From assembly GCA_902769525.1 (NCBI GenBank), contig CACXPG010000006.1, forward strand, positions 12,432 through 76,431: 64,000 bases of DNA, given 5' to 3'. The notes below the pieces were generated by a model. The model searched no databases, was not told the DNA's origin, and worked only from the letters and a program-made list of their open reading frames with translations. The position numbers and the translations under genes are program-made. The stretch is from an uncultured Bacteroidia bacterium (GTDB lineage Bacteria > Bacteroidota > Bacteroidia > Bacteroidales > UBA932). Shown here piece after piece: positions 35,627 through 45,237 of the stretch (the stretch's first letter is position 1; each line of letters begins with the position of its first letter).

Positions 35627-36985
35627 ATGCTTGAAATCACGGGCATATTCAAGCCGAAAAGGGTGCAGCTCATAACTATGGGCTGCTCCAAGAACCGTGT
35701 GGATTCGGAGAAGCTTCTCTCCCGCCTGAGCGACGGGGGGCTGGAGATTATTCCGGAAGACCTTCCGTACGAGCAGTCCAGGCCGGATGTGGTGATAATC
35801 AACACTTGCGGCTTCATCGGTGACGCAAAGAAAGAATCCATAGACGAGATCCTTTCCGCGATCCAGGCTAAAAACTCCGGCTTTGCGGGAAAGGTTGTCG
35901 TTTGCGGATGCCTCAGCGAGCGCTATCTGGAAGACCTGAAGCAGTCGCTTCCTGAAGTGGACGCTTTCTTTGGCTCTTTCCAGTGGAAGAAGGTTGTGGA
36001 GTGGATGGGCCTTAAGCCGGCTGGAAACTGGACGGGCCGCCATCTTACAACTCCAAGGCATTATGCCTATCTGAAGATCGCCGACGGCTGCAACCGCAAA
36101 TGCTCATACTGCGCCATTCCTCTGATAAAGGGCAAGTTCACATCCGTTCCTATGGCCACTTTGGAAAAAGAAGCCAAAGCCTTGGCAGCCAAAGGAGTCC
36201 GTGAACTTATTCTCATTGCCCAGGACACCACTTTCTACGGAATGGACCTCTACGGCAAGAAGATGCTCGCCCCGCTTATCGAGAGGCTCTCAAAGATAAA
36301 AGGCATCGAGTGGATAAGGATACACTATTCGTACCCTGCCGGCTTCCCTAAAGACGTGCTTAAGGTGATGGCGGAAAACCCGAAGGTATGCAAGTACCTC
36401 GACATTCCTCTCCAGCACTCTTCCACAAAGATTCTCAAGATGATGAGAAGGGGAGTGGACCACATCAAGACACAGAAGCTGATAGACGATATCCGCTCCA
36501 GGGTTCCGGGAGTCGCCCTTCGCACAACGATGATTGTGGGGCATCCGGGAGAAGGGGAGGAAGAGTTCAATGACCTTCTCGATTTTGTTCGCCGCAACCG
36601 CTTCGAGATGCTGGGCGCGTTCCCTTATTCGGAGGAGGAAGGAACTTACGACGCCCTTCATTTTGAAGACGATGTGCCTTCATCCGTAAAGAAGCGCCGC
36701 TATGCCCGTCTGATGAGGCTCCAGAGCAAGATTTCCCTGGAGAACAACCAGATGCGGGTAGGCGGAGTGGAGAAAGTCATCATCGATGACTACCGGGACG
36801 GATTCCTTATCGGCCGTAGCCAGAAGGAGAGTCCGGAGGTGGACGGAGCGATACTTATAGACCTCTCTCCTCAGAAAGAAGCGGTGAAAGACGGAAGTTT
36901 CCGCCCTGAAGATTTTATTGGTAAATTTGCGGCGGTCAAGATAATAACCGCAACCGAGTACGACCTTACGGGCGTGCTGGCATAA
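35627..36985 (+). CDS. rimO: ribosomal protein S12 methylthiotransferase
   Basis: MTTase N-domain ITMGCSKNRVDSE, radical SAM CNRKCSYC and a C-terminal TRAM-like domain. Confidence 0.9.
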   Translation: MLEITGIFKPKRVQLITMGCSKNRVDSEKLLSRLSDGGLEIIPEDLPYEQSRPDVVIINTCGFIGDAKKESIDEILSAIQAKNSGFAGKVVVCGCLSERYLEDLKQSLPEVDAFFGSFQWKKVVEWMGLKPAGNWTGRHLTTPRHYAYLKIADGCNRKCSYCAIPLIKGKFTSVPMATLEKEAKALAAKGVRELILIAQDTTFYGMDLYGKKMLAPLIERLSKIKGIEWIRIHYSYPAGFPKDVLKVMAENPKVCKYLDIPLQHSSTKILKMMRRGVDHIKTQKLIDDIRSRVPGVALRTTMIVGHPGEGEEEFNDLLDFVRRNRFEMLGAFPYSEEEGTYDALHFEDDVPSSVKKRRYARLMRLQSKISLENNQMRVGGVEKVIIDDYRDGFLIGRSQKESPEVDGAILIDLSPQKEAVKDGSFRPEDFIGKFAAVKIITATEYDLTGVLA

Positions 36986-37019
36986 ACAGAAAACAAAGAT
37001 TTTTAAATACTAAGACATT

Positions 37020-37766
37020 ATGAAACTACTTGAAGGAAAGGTTGCCCTGATTACCGGCGCAGCCAGAGGAATCGGCAAGGCAGTTGCCTTGAAGTTCGCA
37101 AGCGAAGGCGCCAACATCGCTTTCACAGACCTCGTGATTGATGAACTCGGAGAGCAGACAAAGAAGGAGCTCGAAGCCTATGGAGTAAAAGTTATGGCTA
37201 TTGCTTCAAACGCGGCTGATTTCCAGCAGGCTCACGATGCAGTTGCCCAGATCGTCAAGGAAATGGGAAGAATCGACATCCTTGTAAACAACGCCGGAAT
37301 AACCAAGGACGGCCTGATGCTCAAGATGACTGAGGCTCAGTGGGATGCCGTTATCGCAGTTAACCTGAAGTCGGCTTTCAACTTCATCCACGCCGTTACT
37401 CCTGTTATGATGAGCCAGAAGAGCGGTTCCATCATCAACATGTCTTCCGTAGTCGGTGTTCACGGCAACGCTAGCCAGTGCAACTACTCCGCTTCCAAGG
37501 CCGGAATGATCGGTCTTGCAAAGAGTATCGCCCAGGAGATGGGAAGAAGAGGCATCCGCGCAAACGCTGTTGCTCCAGGCTTCATCATCACCGAGATGAC
37601 TGCACAGCTTCCTGAGGAAGTAAAGCAGGACTGGTACAAGAAGATTCCTCTCAGAAGAGGCGGCACTCCAGAAGATATCGCCAACGTTTGTCTTTTCTTG
37701 GGCAGCGACCTTTCATCATACGTTTCCGGACAGGTCATCCAGGTTTGCGGCGGAATGATGATGTAA
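37020..37766 (+). CDS. fabG: 3-oxoacyl-[ACP] reductase
   Basis: SDR motifs TGAARGIG, NNAG and YSASK; 248 aa. Confidence 0.9.
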   Translation: MKLLEGKVALITGAARGIGKAVALKFASEGANIAFTDLVIDELGEQTKKELEAYGVKVMAIASNAADFQQAHDAVAQIVKEMGRIDILVNNAGITKDGLMLKMTEAQWDAVIAVNLKSAFNFIHAVTPVMMSQKSGSIINMSSVVGVHGNASQCNYSASKAGMIGLAKSIAQEMGRRGIRANAVAPGFIITEMTAQLPEEVKQDWYKKIPLRRGGTPEDIANVCLFLGSDLSSYVSGQVIQVCGGMMM

Positions 37767-37769
37767 TTT

Positions 37770-38699
37770 ATGGCGGGGAAGATTTTTACCAAACAGAACA
37801 TATTGGAATACAGCCTTCTGGCGGGTGGATGCTTCATCTTTTCGCTGGGGGCTGTCCTCCTTATTGAGCCGTACGGTTTCGCTCCTGGCGGAACATACGG
37901 CCTTTCTATGGTGTTCCATCATCTGTGGGGCTGGAGAACGGAAGTTTCCGCCCTGTGCATGGACATTCCTCTGCTGGTTCTGGGAACGATTGTCCTGGGA
38001 AGCAGATTCGGCATCAAGACGCTGCTGTGCACGTTCCTCATACCGGCCTTCATGTGGATTATCCACCAGACCTACGGCTTTGATTCTCTGATAGAGCCGG
38101 AAATCAGCCAGAAGATTGCCGCCGAGGGCCTGACCGGAGAATCCGCCATCAGCCTCTACGACCACCAGCTTCTGGCAGCCATCTTCGGCGGAATACTCTA
38201 CGGCATCGGTCTTGGAATGATTTTCCGCTCAAGGGCCACCAGCGGCGGAAGCGACATCATCTCGATGATCATCAACAAGTACCTCCACATCTCGATGGGA
38301 ACGGCGGTAACCATTGTTGACGGTCTTATAACCCTCTCTACCGTTATCGCTTTCGGAGACTGGAAGCTTCCTATGTACTCCTGGCTTATTATCATTCTGG
38401 AGAGCCTGATCATAGACAAGGTAATCGAGGGACAGGCCGCCAAGACAATGATGATCATATCCCAGAAGCAGGATGAAATCCGCAAGGTCATCATAGACGA
38501 CATGCATCGCGGAGCCACCCTGATACACGCTACTGGAATGTACAAGGGAGAGCAGAAGGACATCATCTACGTTAACCTTACAAGAAGAGAAGTCGTGAAC
38601 CTCAGGTACCGCATCGCCGAGATAGATCCGCAGGCTTTCATAAACATCATGAATTCCTCTGAAACTATCGGCCGGGGGTTCAAGTCTATTAAGGAGTAA
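37770..38699 (+). CDS. YitT family membrane protein (DUF2179 C-terminal domain)
   Basis: Polytopic N-terminal half with TSGGSD and a soluble C-terminal domain. Confidence 0.8.
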   Translation: MAGKIFTKQNILEYSLLAGGCFIFSLGAVLLIEPYGFAPGGTYGLSMVFHHLWGWRTEVSALCMDIPLLVLGTIVLGSRFGIKTLLCTFLIPAFMWIIHQTYGFDSLIEPEISQKIAAEGLTGESAISLYDHQLLAAIFGGILYGIGLGMIFRSRATSGGSDIISMIINKYLHISMGTAVTIVDGLITLSTVIAFGDWKLPMYSWLIIILESLIIDKVIEGQAAKTMMIISQKQDEIRKVIIDDMHRGATLIHATGMYKGEQKDIIYVNLTRREVVNLRYRIAEIDPQAFINIMNSSETIGRGFKSIKE

Positions 38700-38717
38700 G
38701 CTCTTGCGTTTCAAAAA

Positions 38718-38750
38718 GAAAGGCGGCCTTTTCAGCCGCCTTTTCTTTTT
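38718..38750. terminator. bidirectional terminator between yitT-like and mgtC-like genes
   Basis: Stem gaaaggcggc/gccgcctttt with a 7-nt loop. T-runs on both strands. Confidence 0.7.
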
Positions 38751-38763
38751 CAGTCGAATTTCA

Positions 38764-39450
38764 TCAGTCGAGTTTCATCAGCATCAGGTTCTTTATCTCG
38801 TTCAGCCTTCTGAAAAGCTCGTTCTCGTCGTTCTTGTTGTGGATTCTGACAACCACGTCAACCTTGTAGCCGTTTGGCATCTCGCTGACATTGTAGTTGC
38901 TGACCATATAACGGGACTCGGCGAGGATTTTCTGTATAGACTCCAGCTGTGCCTGTTCAGGAACCAGAATCTCAAGCCCGAGGCTTCTGAGTCCCAGACC
39001 TTTGAAGAAGAATCTCAGAACTTCCAGGCCAATCAGGATGAAGACTGTGGCGGCGATACCGACAAAATACATTCCGGCTCCAATGGCAAGGCCGACGCCC
39101 GCCAGAGCCCAGAGTCCAGCCGCTGTTGTAAGACCTTTGACAATCTGCTTCTGGAGGATGATGGTACCTGCACCCAGAAAACCTATACCGGAAACTACCT
39201 GAGCCGCGATTCTGGCCGGGTCAAGCCTCATGGCGTTTACCTGTCCGCCATATTTTTCTATAACTGCATTGAACCCGTACTGGGACACCAGCATAAAAGT
39301 CGCGCTGCCCAGACAAATCAGAAAATGCGTCCTGTATCCGGCCGCCTTGGCGCGGTATTCTCTTTCAAGTCCCACCACTGTGCCCAGTATGCCGGCAACC
39401 AGCAGCCTGAGCAGATGCTCCCATTCAAGGTTTGCCAAAAATTCTTCCAT
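38764..39450 (-). CDS. MgtC/SapB family membrane protein
   Basis: GLEREYRAKAAGYRTH...AAQVVSGIGFLGAG signature and a C-terminal soluble domain. Confidence 0.85.
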   Translation of the reverse strand: MEEFLANLEWEHLLRLLVAGILGTVVGLEREYRAKAAGYRTHFLICLGSATFMLVSQYGFNAVIEKYGGQVNAMRLDPARIAAQVVSGIGFLGAGTIILQKQIVKGLTTAAGLWALAGVGLAIGAGMYFVGIAATVFILIGLEVLRFFFKGLGLRSLGLEILVPEQAQLESIQKILAESRYMVSNYNVSEMPNGYKVDVVVRIHNKNDENELFRRLNEIKNLMLMKLD

Positions 39451-39454
39451 AGTC

Positions 39455-40399
39455 TTAATTCTGTGATTTGTTTTTCTTCATTTTAAGGTACTTGTGAAGC
39501 TGTCCAGCCTGTTCAAAGTCGTATCTGCTTCTGGCATAGGTAATCCAGTTCTCCGCCAGGTCTGTGTTCCCCAGCATCTGGCAGGCGACCGCAATGTTGA
39601 ATGCGGCAAACGAAGCCTTTTCAGAGTTCTGGTCTTCTGTCATCGGCATCCATTCCTTTATGGCGTCTTCCCACTTGAAATCCATCGCGTGCTTGTATGC
39701 CGTGTGCCAGGCGCTCTCCTGCGGATAGTCTATCAGCATCCACTCTTCCTGAGTCCAGTTTTCGCAGACCTTTGAGGCAAGGAGGTTTCCGAACACCGCG
39801 AAAATCAGCGAGTCGTTCCCGTCCACGTATTCCTGGACGCTCTGTCTTGAGTAGCTGTACTGAGCAGGAATCATGAACTTTATGCTGTCATGTACAGTGG
39901 AACTGAAAAGAGTGGTGTCGGATATGGCGTCATATACTGTAAGATGTGCCTTTGCCGGAATAACCGCTAAAGTTCCAGCTCCCAGATATGAGCTGTAGGT
40001 TTTGGAAATTGTTCCCTGTCCGAAATCTATATCGCTGATTATAGCCAGAATACCGCTGCCGGTGGCCAGCATCAGCTGTTCCAGGTATTCTTTGTCGGCA
40101 GTGCCCTTGAACTCGGAGGCAGGAATGGTGAACGCTCCAACCTCTCCCTCTTCCAGGGCGTTGGCTTCCTCAACCTTTCGCGCCGCGGCGAGGGCGATTG
40201 TAGCCACTTCCGAGCTGTCCTGCCTGTCGTCAGAGTATGTACCCACAAAAGCGGCAGAACTCTCTTCCACATTCAGGGTAAAGGCGGAAGGCTGAAGCAC
40301 ATCCACATTAAACAGCATCACCTGCGGAGTGGCGCATCCTGTCAGCATAAACGCGGCTCCCGCAAGCAGCAATCTGTATCGCGACAAAAAACGTTTCAT
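39455..40399 (-). CDS. hypothetical lipoprotein
   Basis: Signal plus lipobox MLTGC. TPR-like C-terminus. No confident family. Confidence 0.55.
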   Translation of the reverse strand: MKRFLSRYRLLLAGAAFMLTGCATPQVMLFNVDVLQPSAFTLNVEESSAAFVGTYSDDRQDSSEVATIALAAARKVEEANALEEGEVGAFTIPASEFKGTADKEYLEQLMLATGSGILAIISDIDFGQGTISKTYSSYLGAGTLAVIPAKAHLTVYDAISDTTLFSSTVHDSIKFMIPAQYSYSRQSVQEYVDGNDSLIFAVFGNLLASKVCENWTQEEWMLIDYPQESAWHTAYKHAMDFKWEDAIKEWMPMTEDQNSEKASFAAFNIAVACQMLGNTDLAENWITYARSRYDFEQAGQLHKYLKMKKNKSQN

Positions 40400-40443
40400 A
40401 ATCTAATCTCCTATAATACGCAGAATCTACTGCAAAATTCGGG

Positions 40444-41334
40444 CTACAATATGTTCAGGCTCTGTTCCCTGATCTTTTCCAGCTCGTCTTTCATCCTTAC
40501 TACCAGCGCCTGGATAGCGGCGTCGTTGGCCTTTGAGCCAAGAGTGTTGATCTCCCTTCCCATCTCCTGGACGATGAACCCGAGCTTCTTTCCTGGCAGA
40601 GAATCTGACTGCAGGGTATCCATAAAGTACTTGCAGTGCTGTGCCAGCCTCACTTTTTCCTCGTTGATGTCAAGTTTCTCCACATAGAAGACAATCTCCT
40701 GCTCCAGCCTTTCCGGATTGGCCTCGATGCCGGCCTTGTCTATCTTCTGCCTGAGCCTTTCCTTGATGGCCGGAACTCTCTTGATATCCAGAGTCTTGAC
40801 CTCTTCAAGGCAGCTCATTATGGTGGCTACTCTTTTCAGCACGTCTTCCAGAAGAGCCGTTCCTTCGGTCTCGCGATAGGCGTTCAGCCTGTTGATTGCC
40901 TGGGCGATGGTCTTGTCTATCTTTGCCCAGTCCTCGTCGCTGAACTCATACTGCCTTGTTTCCATCACGTCCGGCATCCTTATTATAGACGCCAGAAGGA
41001 ATGAGTCGGACAGAGGGAGAGCCGCTACATCCGGAGATTCTGTCTTCTGGATGTCCTTTATCTGATGAAGGATGTCCAGGACCGCCTCGGAGTTTATCTG
41101 CTTGTTTGCCGCAGGGTTCTTGAGCTCCAGACTCAGAGAGAAGTCAATGCTGCCCCTTACCAGTTCCCTGGAGAGCAACTTACGTATTTCCAGTTCCTTG
41201 TCTTTGGGAATAATCTGGCTTTTGACGCTTATTTCCGCGTTTTTCCCGTTCAGGGACTTGATCTCTACGGTAATCTTGCTGTGGTCTGCAAGGGTGCATT
41301 CGCCCTTGCCGTAACCTGTCATCGATTTAATCAT
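40444..41334 (-). CDS. yicC: YicC family stress-induced protein
   Basis: ATG at 41334 gives MIKSMTGYG. The C-terminus is REINTLGSKAND...IREQSLNIL. Confidence 0.9.
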   Translation of the reverse strand: MIKSMTGYGKGECTLADHSKITVEIKSLNGKNAEISVKSQIIPKDKELEIRKLLSRELVRGSIDFSLSLELKNPAANKQINSEAVLDILHQIKDIQKTESPDVAALPLSDSFLLASIIRMPDVMETRQYEFSDEDWAKIDKTIAQAINRLNAYRETEGTALLEDVLKRVATIMSCLEEVKTLDIKRVPAIKERLRQKIDKAGIEANPERLEQEIVFYVEKLDINEEKVRLAQHCKYFMDTLQSDSLPGKKLGFIVQEMGREINTLGSKANDAAIQALVVRMKDELEKIREQSLNIL

Positions 41335-41443
41335 ATCGTGCAAATTTAATAAATCAAAAGTTATTCGCGCACATTTTACGCTTTTGCCCCCGCCCAAAAA
41401 TCATTATTTACGCGTTTTAAAGACGATTTTAACTTATAATAAT

Positions 41444-41451
41444 GTATATTT
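41444..41451 (+). promoter_or_regulatory. -7 box (TATATTTG) upstream of glnS
   Basis: TAnnTTTG match 28 nt before the ATG at 41479. Confidence 0.45.
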
Positions 41452-41478
41452 GTATGATACAATTTAACTCATCGCTAT

Positions 41479-43164
41479 ATGGAAGACAGCAATCTGAAAG
41501 GCACTGAAGTCAAAGAAGAAGTTAAGAACCTTAATTTTATTGAGGAAATCATCGAGGACGACCTTAAAACAGGAAAACATAAAAGCATACTTACCCGCTT
41601 CCCTCCGGAGCCTAACGGCTATCTGCACATAGGGCACGCAAAGAGCATCTGCCTGAACTTCGGGGTGGCCAAGAAGTACGGCGGCAAGACCAACCTCCGC
41701 TTCGACGACACCAATCCTACCAAGGAAGACGTGGAGTATGTGGATTCCATCAAGAACGACATCCGCTGGCTGGGCTTCCAGTGGGCTGAGGAAAGATATG
41801 CATCCGACTATTTCCAGCAGCTTTATGACTGGGCTGAACTGCTGATTAAGAAAGGCCTGGCTTACGTCGATGACCAGTCTCTGGAGGAGATCCGCCTCAA
41901 CAGGGGAACTGTCCAGAAGCCTGGAACCCCATCTCCTTGGCGCGACCGTAGCGTTGAGGAAAACCTCGCTCTTTTCCGCGATATGAGGGACGGCAAGTTC
42001 AAGGAAGGAGAGAAGGTTCTCCGCGCCAAGATAGACATGGCTCATCCGAACATGCTCTTCCGCGATCCGATAATGTACCGCATCAACTACGCTCCGCATC
42101 ACCGTACGGGCACCAAGTGGTGCATCTACCCGATGTACGACTTTGCCCACGGCCAGAGCGATTCCATAGAGGGTATCACCCACAGTATCTGTACTTTGGA
42201 GTTTGATGTCCACCGTCCTCTGTACGACTGGTTCATCGAGAATCTGGAAATCTTCCCTAGCCATCAGTACGAGTTTGCAAGGCTCAACCTCACATATACG
42301 GTAATGAGCAAAAGAAAGCTCCTTGAACTTGTCAAGAACAATTATGTCCGTGGCTGGGACGACCCTCGTATGCCTACCATCTGCGGTATCAGGAGAAGGG
42401 GCTACACTCCGGAGAGCATCAAGATGTTCGCCGAGAAAGTGGGAGTGGCAAAGCGTGACAACATCATAGACCTCTCCCTTATGGAGTGGTGCGTAAGAGA
42501 AGACTTGAACGCGAGAAGCAACCGCTATATGGCTGTGCTTGACCCTGTTGAACTGGAACTCGAGGGATGGCCAGAAGGCCAGGTAGACTGGGTTGAGGCT
42601 CCGATGAACCCGGCTTTCCCGGATGGTCCAAAGAGAAAGATTCCTTTCACCGGCCACGTTTACATCGAGAGGGCAGACTTTATGGAGAATCCTCCAAAGA
42701 AGTACTTCCGTCTCCAGCCTGGCGGAGAAGTCCGCCTGAAGTACGGCTACATCATCAAGTGCAAGGATATCGTAAAGGATGCAGACGGCAACATAACCAA
42801 GATCATCTGCACCTATGACCCTACATCCAAGCCTGGAGCAGGCGAGTGGAGAAGCGTCAAGGGCACTATCCACTGGGTCAGCATTGCTCACGCCAAGAAG
42901 CTGGAAGTAAGGCTTGTAGACCGCCTGTTCACCGAGCAGTACATGGATCAGATTCCGGAAGGTTCAGACTACAAGGACTTCCTTAACCCTCATTCGATGG
43001 ACATCATCACGGCCTATGCCGAGCCAGCCCTCCTGGAGGACAACTCCGGCATCGCCGTCCAGTTCGAGCGCACCGGCTACTTCTTCAAGGATCCTGACAG
43101 CACTGAAGACCTGCCTGTCTTCAACCGCACCGTCACCCTGAAGGACACCTTCAAGTTCAAATAG
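41479..43164 (+). CDS. glnS: glutamine--tRNA ligase
   Basis: Class I motifs HIGH (LHIGHAKS) and KMSKS (VMSKRK); 561 aa. Confidence 0.95.
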   Translation: MEDSNLKGTEVKEEVKNLNFIEEIIEDDLKTGKHKSILTRFPPEPNGYLHIGHAKSICLNFGVAKKYGGKTNLRFDDTNPTKEDVEYVDSIKNDIRWLGFQWAEERYASDYFQQLYDWAELLIKKGLAYVDDQSLEEIRLNRGTVQKPGTPSPWRDRSVEENLALFRDMRDGKFKEGEKVLRAKIDMAHPNMLFRDPIMYRINYAPHHRTGTKWCIYPMYDFAHGQSDSIEGITHSICTLEFDVHRPLYDWFIENLEIFPSHQYEFARLNLTYTVMSKRKLLELVKNNYVRGWDDPRMPTICGIRRRGYTPESIKMFAEKVGVAKRDNIIDLSLMEWCVREDLNARSNRYMAVLDPVELELEGWPEGQVDWVEAPMNPAFPDGPKRKIPFTGHVYIERADFMENPPKKYFRLQPGGEVRLKYGYIIKCKDIVKDADGNITKIICTYDPTSKPGAGEWRSVKGTIHWVSIAHAKKLEVRLVDRLFTEQYMDQIPEGSDYKDFLNPHSMDIITAYAEPALLEDNSGIAVQFERTGYFFKDPDSTEDLPVFNRTVTLKDTFKFK

Positions 43165-43196
43165 GACTTATTGTTAACAAGATACCTCAAAGTCGT

Positions 43197-43910
43197 ATGT
43201 CATATAAATCAGTTATTGCAGTAATCGCCTTGATTTCTGCTGTTTTCTCCTGCAAATCAGGCAACAAGTCAGACAACAGCTCAGACAGGCCTTCCGGCAT
43301 GACATTCACCCGGGAAGAACTGACAATCCTCAACCAGTCGGATTCCGTGATGTACCTTACCGTCATCGGCGACAAGTCCGACAGCCTGATACTGAGGAAA
43401 GTCTCCAGAGATCTCACTCAGGAGGAGCTTGATAGCCCGGAGGCTGCTACTCTTGCCCGTAACCTTCTTGCCACGGTCCAGGACCCTAGCCAGGACGGTG
43501 TCGGCATTTCTTCCCCGCAGGTCGGGCTAAATCTCAGGATGCTTGCCCTTATGCGCTATGACAGGGAAGGCCGTCCGCTCCAAGTCTATGCCAACGTCCA
43601 TATAGACAGCCTCTTCACAAATGTTGTAAAAGGGCCTGAAGGATGCCTTTCCATACCAAACTATCGCGGAGTAGTGCCAAGAGCAGACAGCATAATTGTC
43701 TCATACTTTGACTTCCAGACAAAGCAGTTCAAGAAAGACACGGTAGGCGGCTACACGGCTATCATCTTCCAGCACGAGACAGACCATCTGGAAGGCATCC
43801 TCTACACAGACAGGGCGGATACCGTCTTCTTCAACCAGGCCTGGGCGGACGAGCGCAAGCTCTACGAGCAGCATGGCGCCTATACCAAACCAGCCTGGTG
43901 GCCGTACTAG
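43197..43910 (+). CDS. peptide deformylase homologue with N-terminal signal/lipobox extension
   Basis: All three PDF motifs are present: GISSPQVG, EGCLS and QHETDHLEG. The N-terminus is VIALISAVFSCKSG. Confidence 0.8.
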   Translation: MSYKSVIAVIALISAVFSCKSGNKSDNSSDRPSGMTFTREELTILNQSDSVMYLTVIGDKSDSLILRKVSRDLTQEELDSPEAATLARNLLATVQDPSQDGVGISSPQVGLNLRMLALMRYDREGRPLQVYANVHIDSLFTNVVKGPEGCLSIPNYRGVVPRADSIIVSYFDFQTKQFKKDTVGGYTAIIFQHETDHLEGILYTDRADTVFFNQAWADERKLYEQHGAYTKPAWWPY

Positions 43911-43922
43911 GAAAACAAATCT

Positions 43923-43971
43923 GTTTATCGCGATAAACAAAAATCGCTAAAATTTGTTTATTACGATAAAC
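43923..43971 (+). promoter_or_regulatory. two copies of a 16-bp palindrome (GTTTATCGCGATAAAC / GTTTATTACGATAAAC), candidate operators
   Basis: Read directly at 43923-43938 (perfect) and 43956-43971 (two central mismatches), centres 33 bp apart. The second copy fills the spacer between TTTG (43953-43956) and TACATTTG (43977-43984). Confidence 0.45.
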
Positions 43972-43984
43972 AAGTGTACATTTG
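43953..43984 (+). promoter_or_regulatory. Bacteroidetes-type promoter (-33 TTTG, -7 TACATTTG) for the AAA ATPase gene
   Basis: TTTG-N20-TAnnTTTG spacing matches the published Bacteroides consensus. The ATG lies at 44001. Confidence 0.5.
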
Positions 43985-44000
43985 CCCAAAACAATAGGCT

Positions 44001-45212
44001 ATGGATTTACTGTTTGAGCGGCATTCTGAATATCTTTCTGGTGTTCCTACAGCTTTTGAGCGGGAACTTATGTTTAAAATCGATTGGGAGTCAAGGCTGG
44101 TCCTGATCAGAGGACCTAAAGGTGTTGGCAAGTCTACTTTGATGCAGCAGTATATTCTTAAGCATTATGGTATTTCTGACAGGCATGTGCTATACTGTTC
44201 TGCAGACTCTTCATATTTTGCTTCGCACACGTTGCTTGACACTGCTGCAGCATTTGTCCGCCAGGGTGGCAAGCATCTGTTCATTGATGAGATTCATAAA
44301 TATGAGGGTTGGAGCCGGGAGATTAAAGAGATTTACGATTTATATCGCGATCTTAAAGTGGTTTTGAGCGGCTCGTCCTTGCTTCAGTTGAATGACGGGC
44401 AGGCAGATCTTTCCAGACGTCAGGATATATATGATATGTCCGGCCTTTCTTTCCGAGAGTATTTGTGGTTCAGAACCGGTAAGAAAATTGAACCGGTACG
44501 ATTGGATCAGCTGTTAGAAAATGCTTCTGAATATTGTTTGGGAATCAGGTCTTTATATCGTCCTCTGGAGTTTTTTGAAGATTATTTGCGATTTGGCTAT
44601 TATCCGTATTCTTTTGAAAAAAAGAATACTTATAAAACACTGGTAGAGAGCGTTGCCAACTATATCATCGAGGTAGAACTGACGAAGTTTCGCGGTGTAA
44701 ACATGGTCAACACAAGGAAAATCAAAGCTCTGCTGAATGTGATTTCTGAAATGTTGCCTTATCAAGTTGATTTGTCAAAGCTTTCTTCCAGTGTCAGCAT
44801 AGACCGTGTTACCTTAGTCCGGTATCTGAGATTTATGGATGAAGCAAAGCTTATCAGGAATCTTTTTACTGAGATTGATATGATTACAGATTTACAGAAA
44901 CCTGACAAGATACTTCTGGATAATACTAACCTTAGCTATGCTTTTGCTATAAAGGAACCTGAAAGAGGTACTTTGAGGGAGACATTTTTCTGCAACCAAC
45001 TTTCCTCAGCTGGGCATATTGTAGAATATGGCGGGCTTCAAACAGGAGACTACCGTATAGACAAAAGCATTGTAATTGAAGTAGGAGGGGCAGGTAAAGA
45101 TTTTTCTCAGATTAATTCCAAAGATATTGCCAATGCAGCATTGGCATTGGATGACATAGATATGGCTTCAGGCAAGAAGATCCCATTGTGGGCTTTCGGA
45201 TTTCTCTATTAG
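44001..45212 (+). CDS. AAA family ATPase (COG1373-type, AAA_14 plus DUF4143-like C-terminus)
   Basis: Walker A GPKGVGKST, Walker B LFIDEIH and C-terminal GDYRID...VIEVGG. Confidence 0.8.
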   Translation: MDLLFERHSEYLSGVPTAFERELMFKIDWESRLVLIRGPKGVGKSTLMQQYILKHYGISDRHVLYCSADSSYFASHTLLDTAAAFVRQGGKHLFIDEIHKYEGWSREIKEIYDLYRDLKVVLSGSSLLQLNDGQADLSRRQDIYDMSGLSFREYLWFRTGKKIEPVRLDQLLENASEYCLGIRSLYRPLEFFEDYLRFGYYPYSFEKKNTYKTLVESVANYIIEVELTKFRGVNMVNTRKIKALLNVISEMLPYQVDLSKLSSSVSIDRVTLVRYLRFMDEAKLIRNLFTEIDMITDLQKPDKILLDNTNLSYAFAIKEPERGTLRETFFCNQLSSAGHIVEYGGLQTGDYRIDKSIVIEVGGAGKDFSQINSKDIANAALALDDIDMASGKKIPLWAFGFLY

Positions 45213-45237
45213 ACAGGTATTTATCTAATGCAATGCG

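Noticed and set aside
38704-39486. 260-aa plus-strand ORF
   Set aside because: It is antisense to the MgtC-family gene, which has the conserved membrane signature. The plus frame starts inside a terminator hairpin.
41464-42891. 475-aa ORF on the minus strand
   Set aside because: It is fully antisense to glnS, which carries unmistakable HIGH and KMSKS motifs. Its translation is Leu/Arg/Val/His-rich with no motifs, so it is a shadow ORF.
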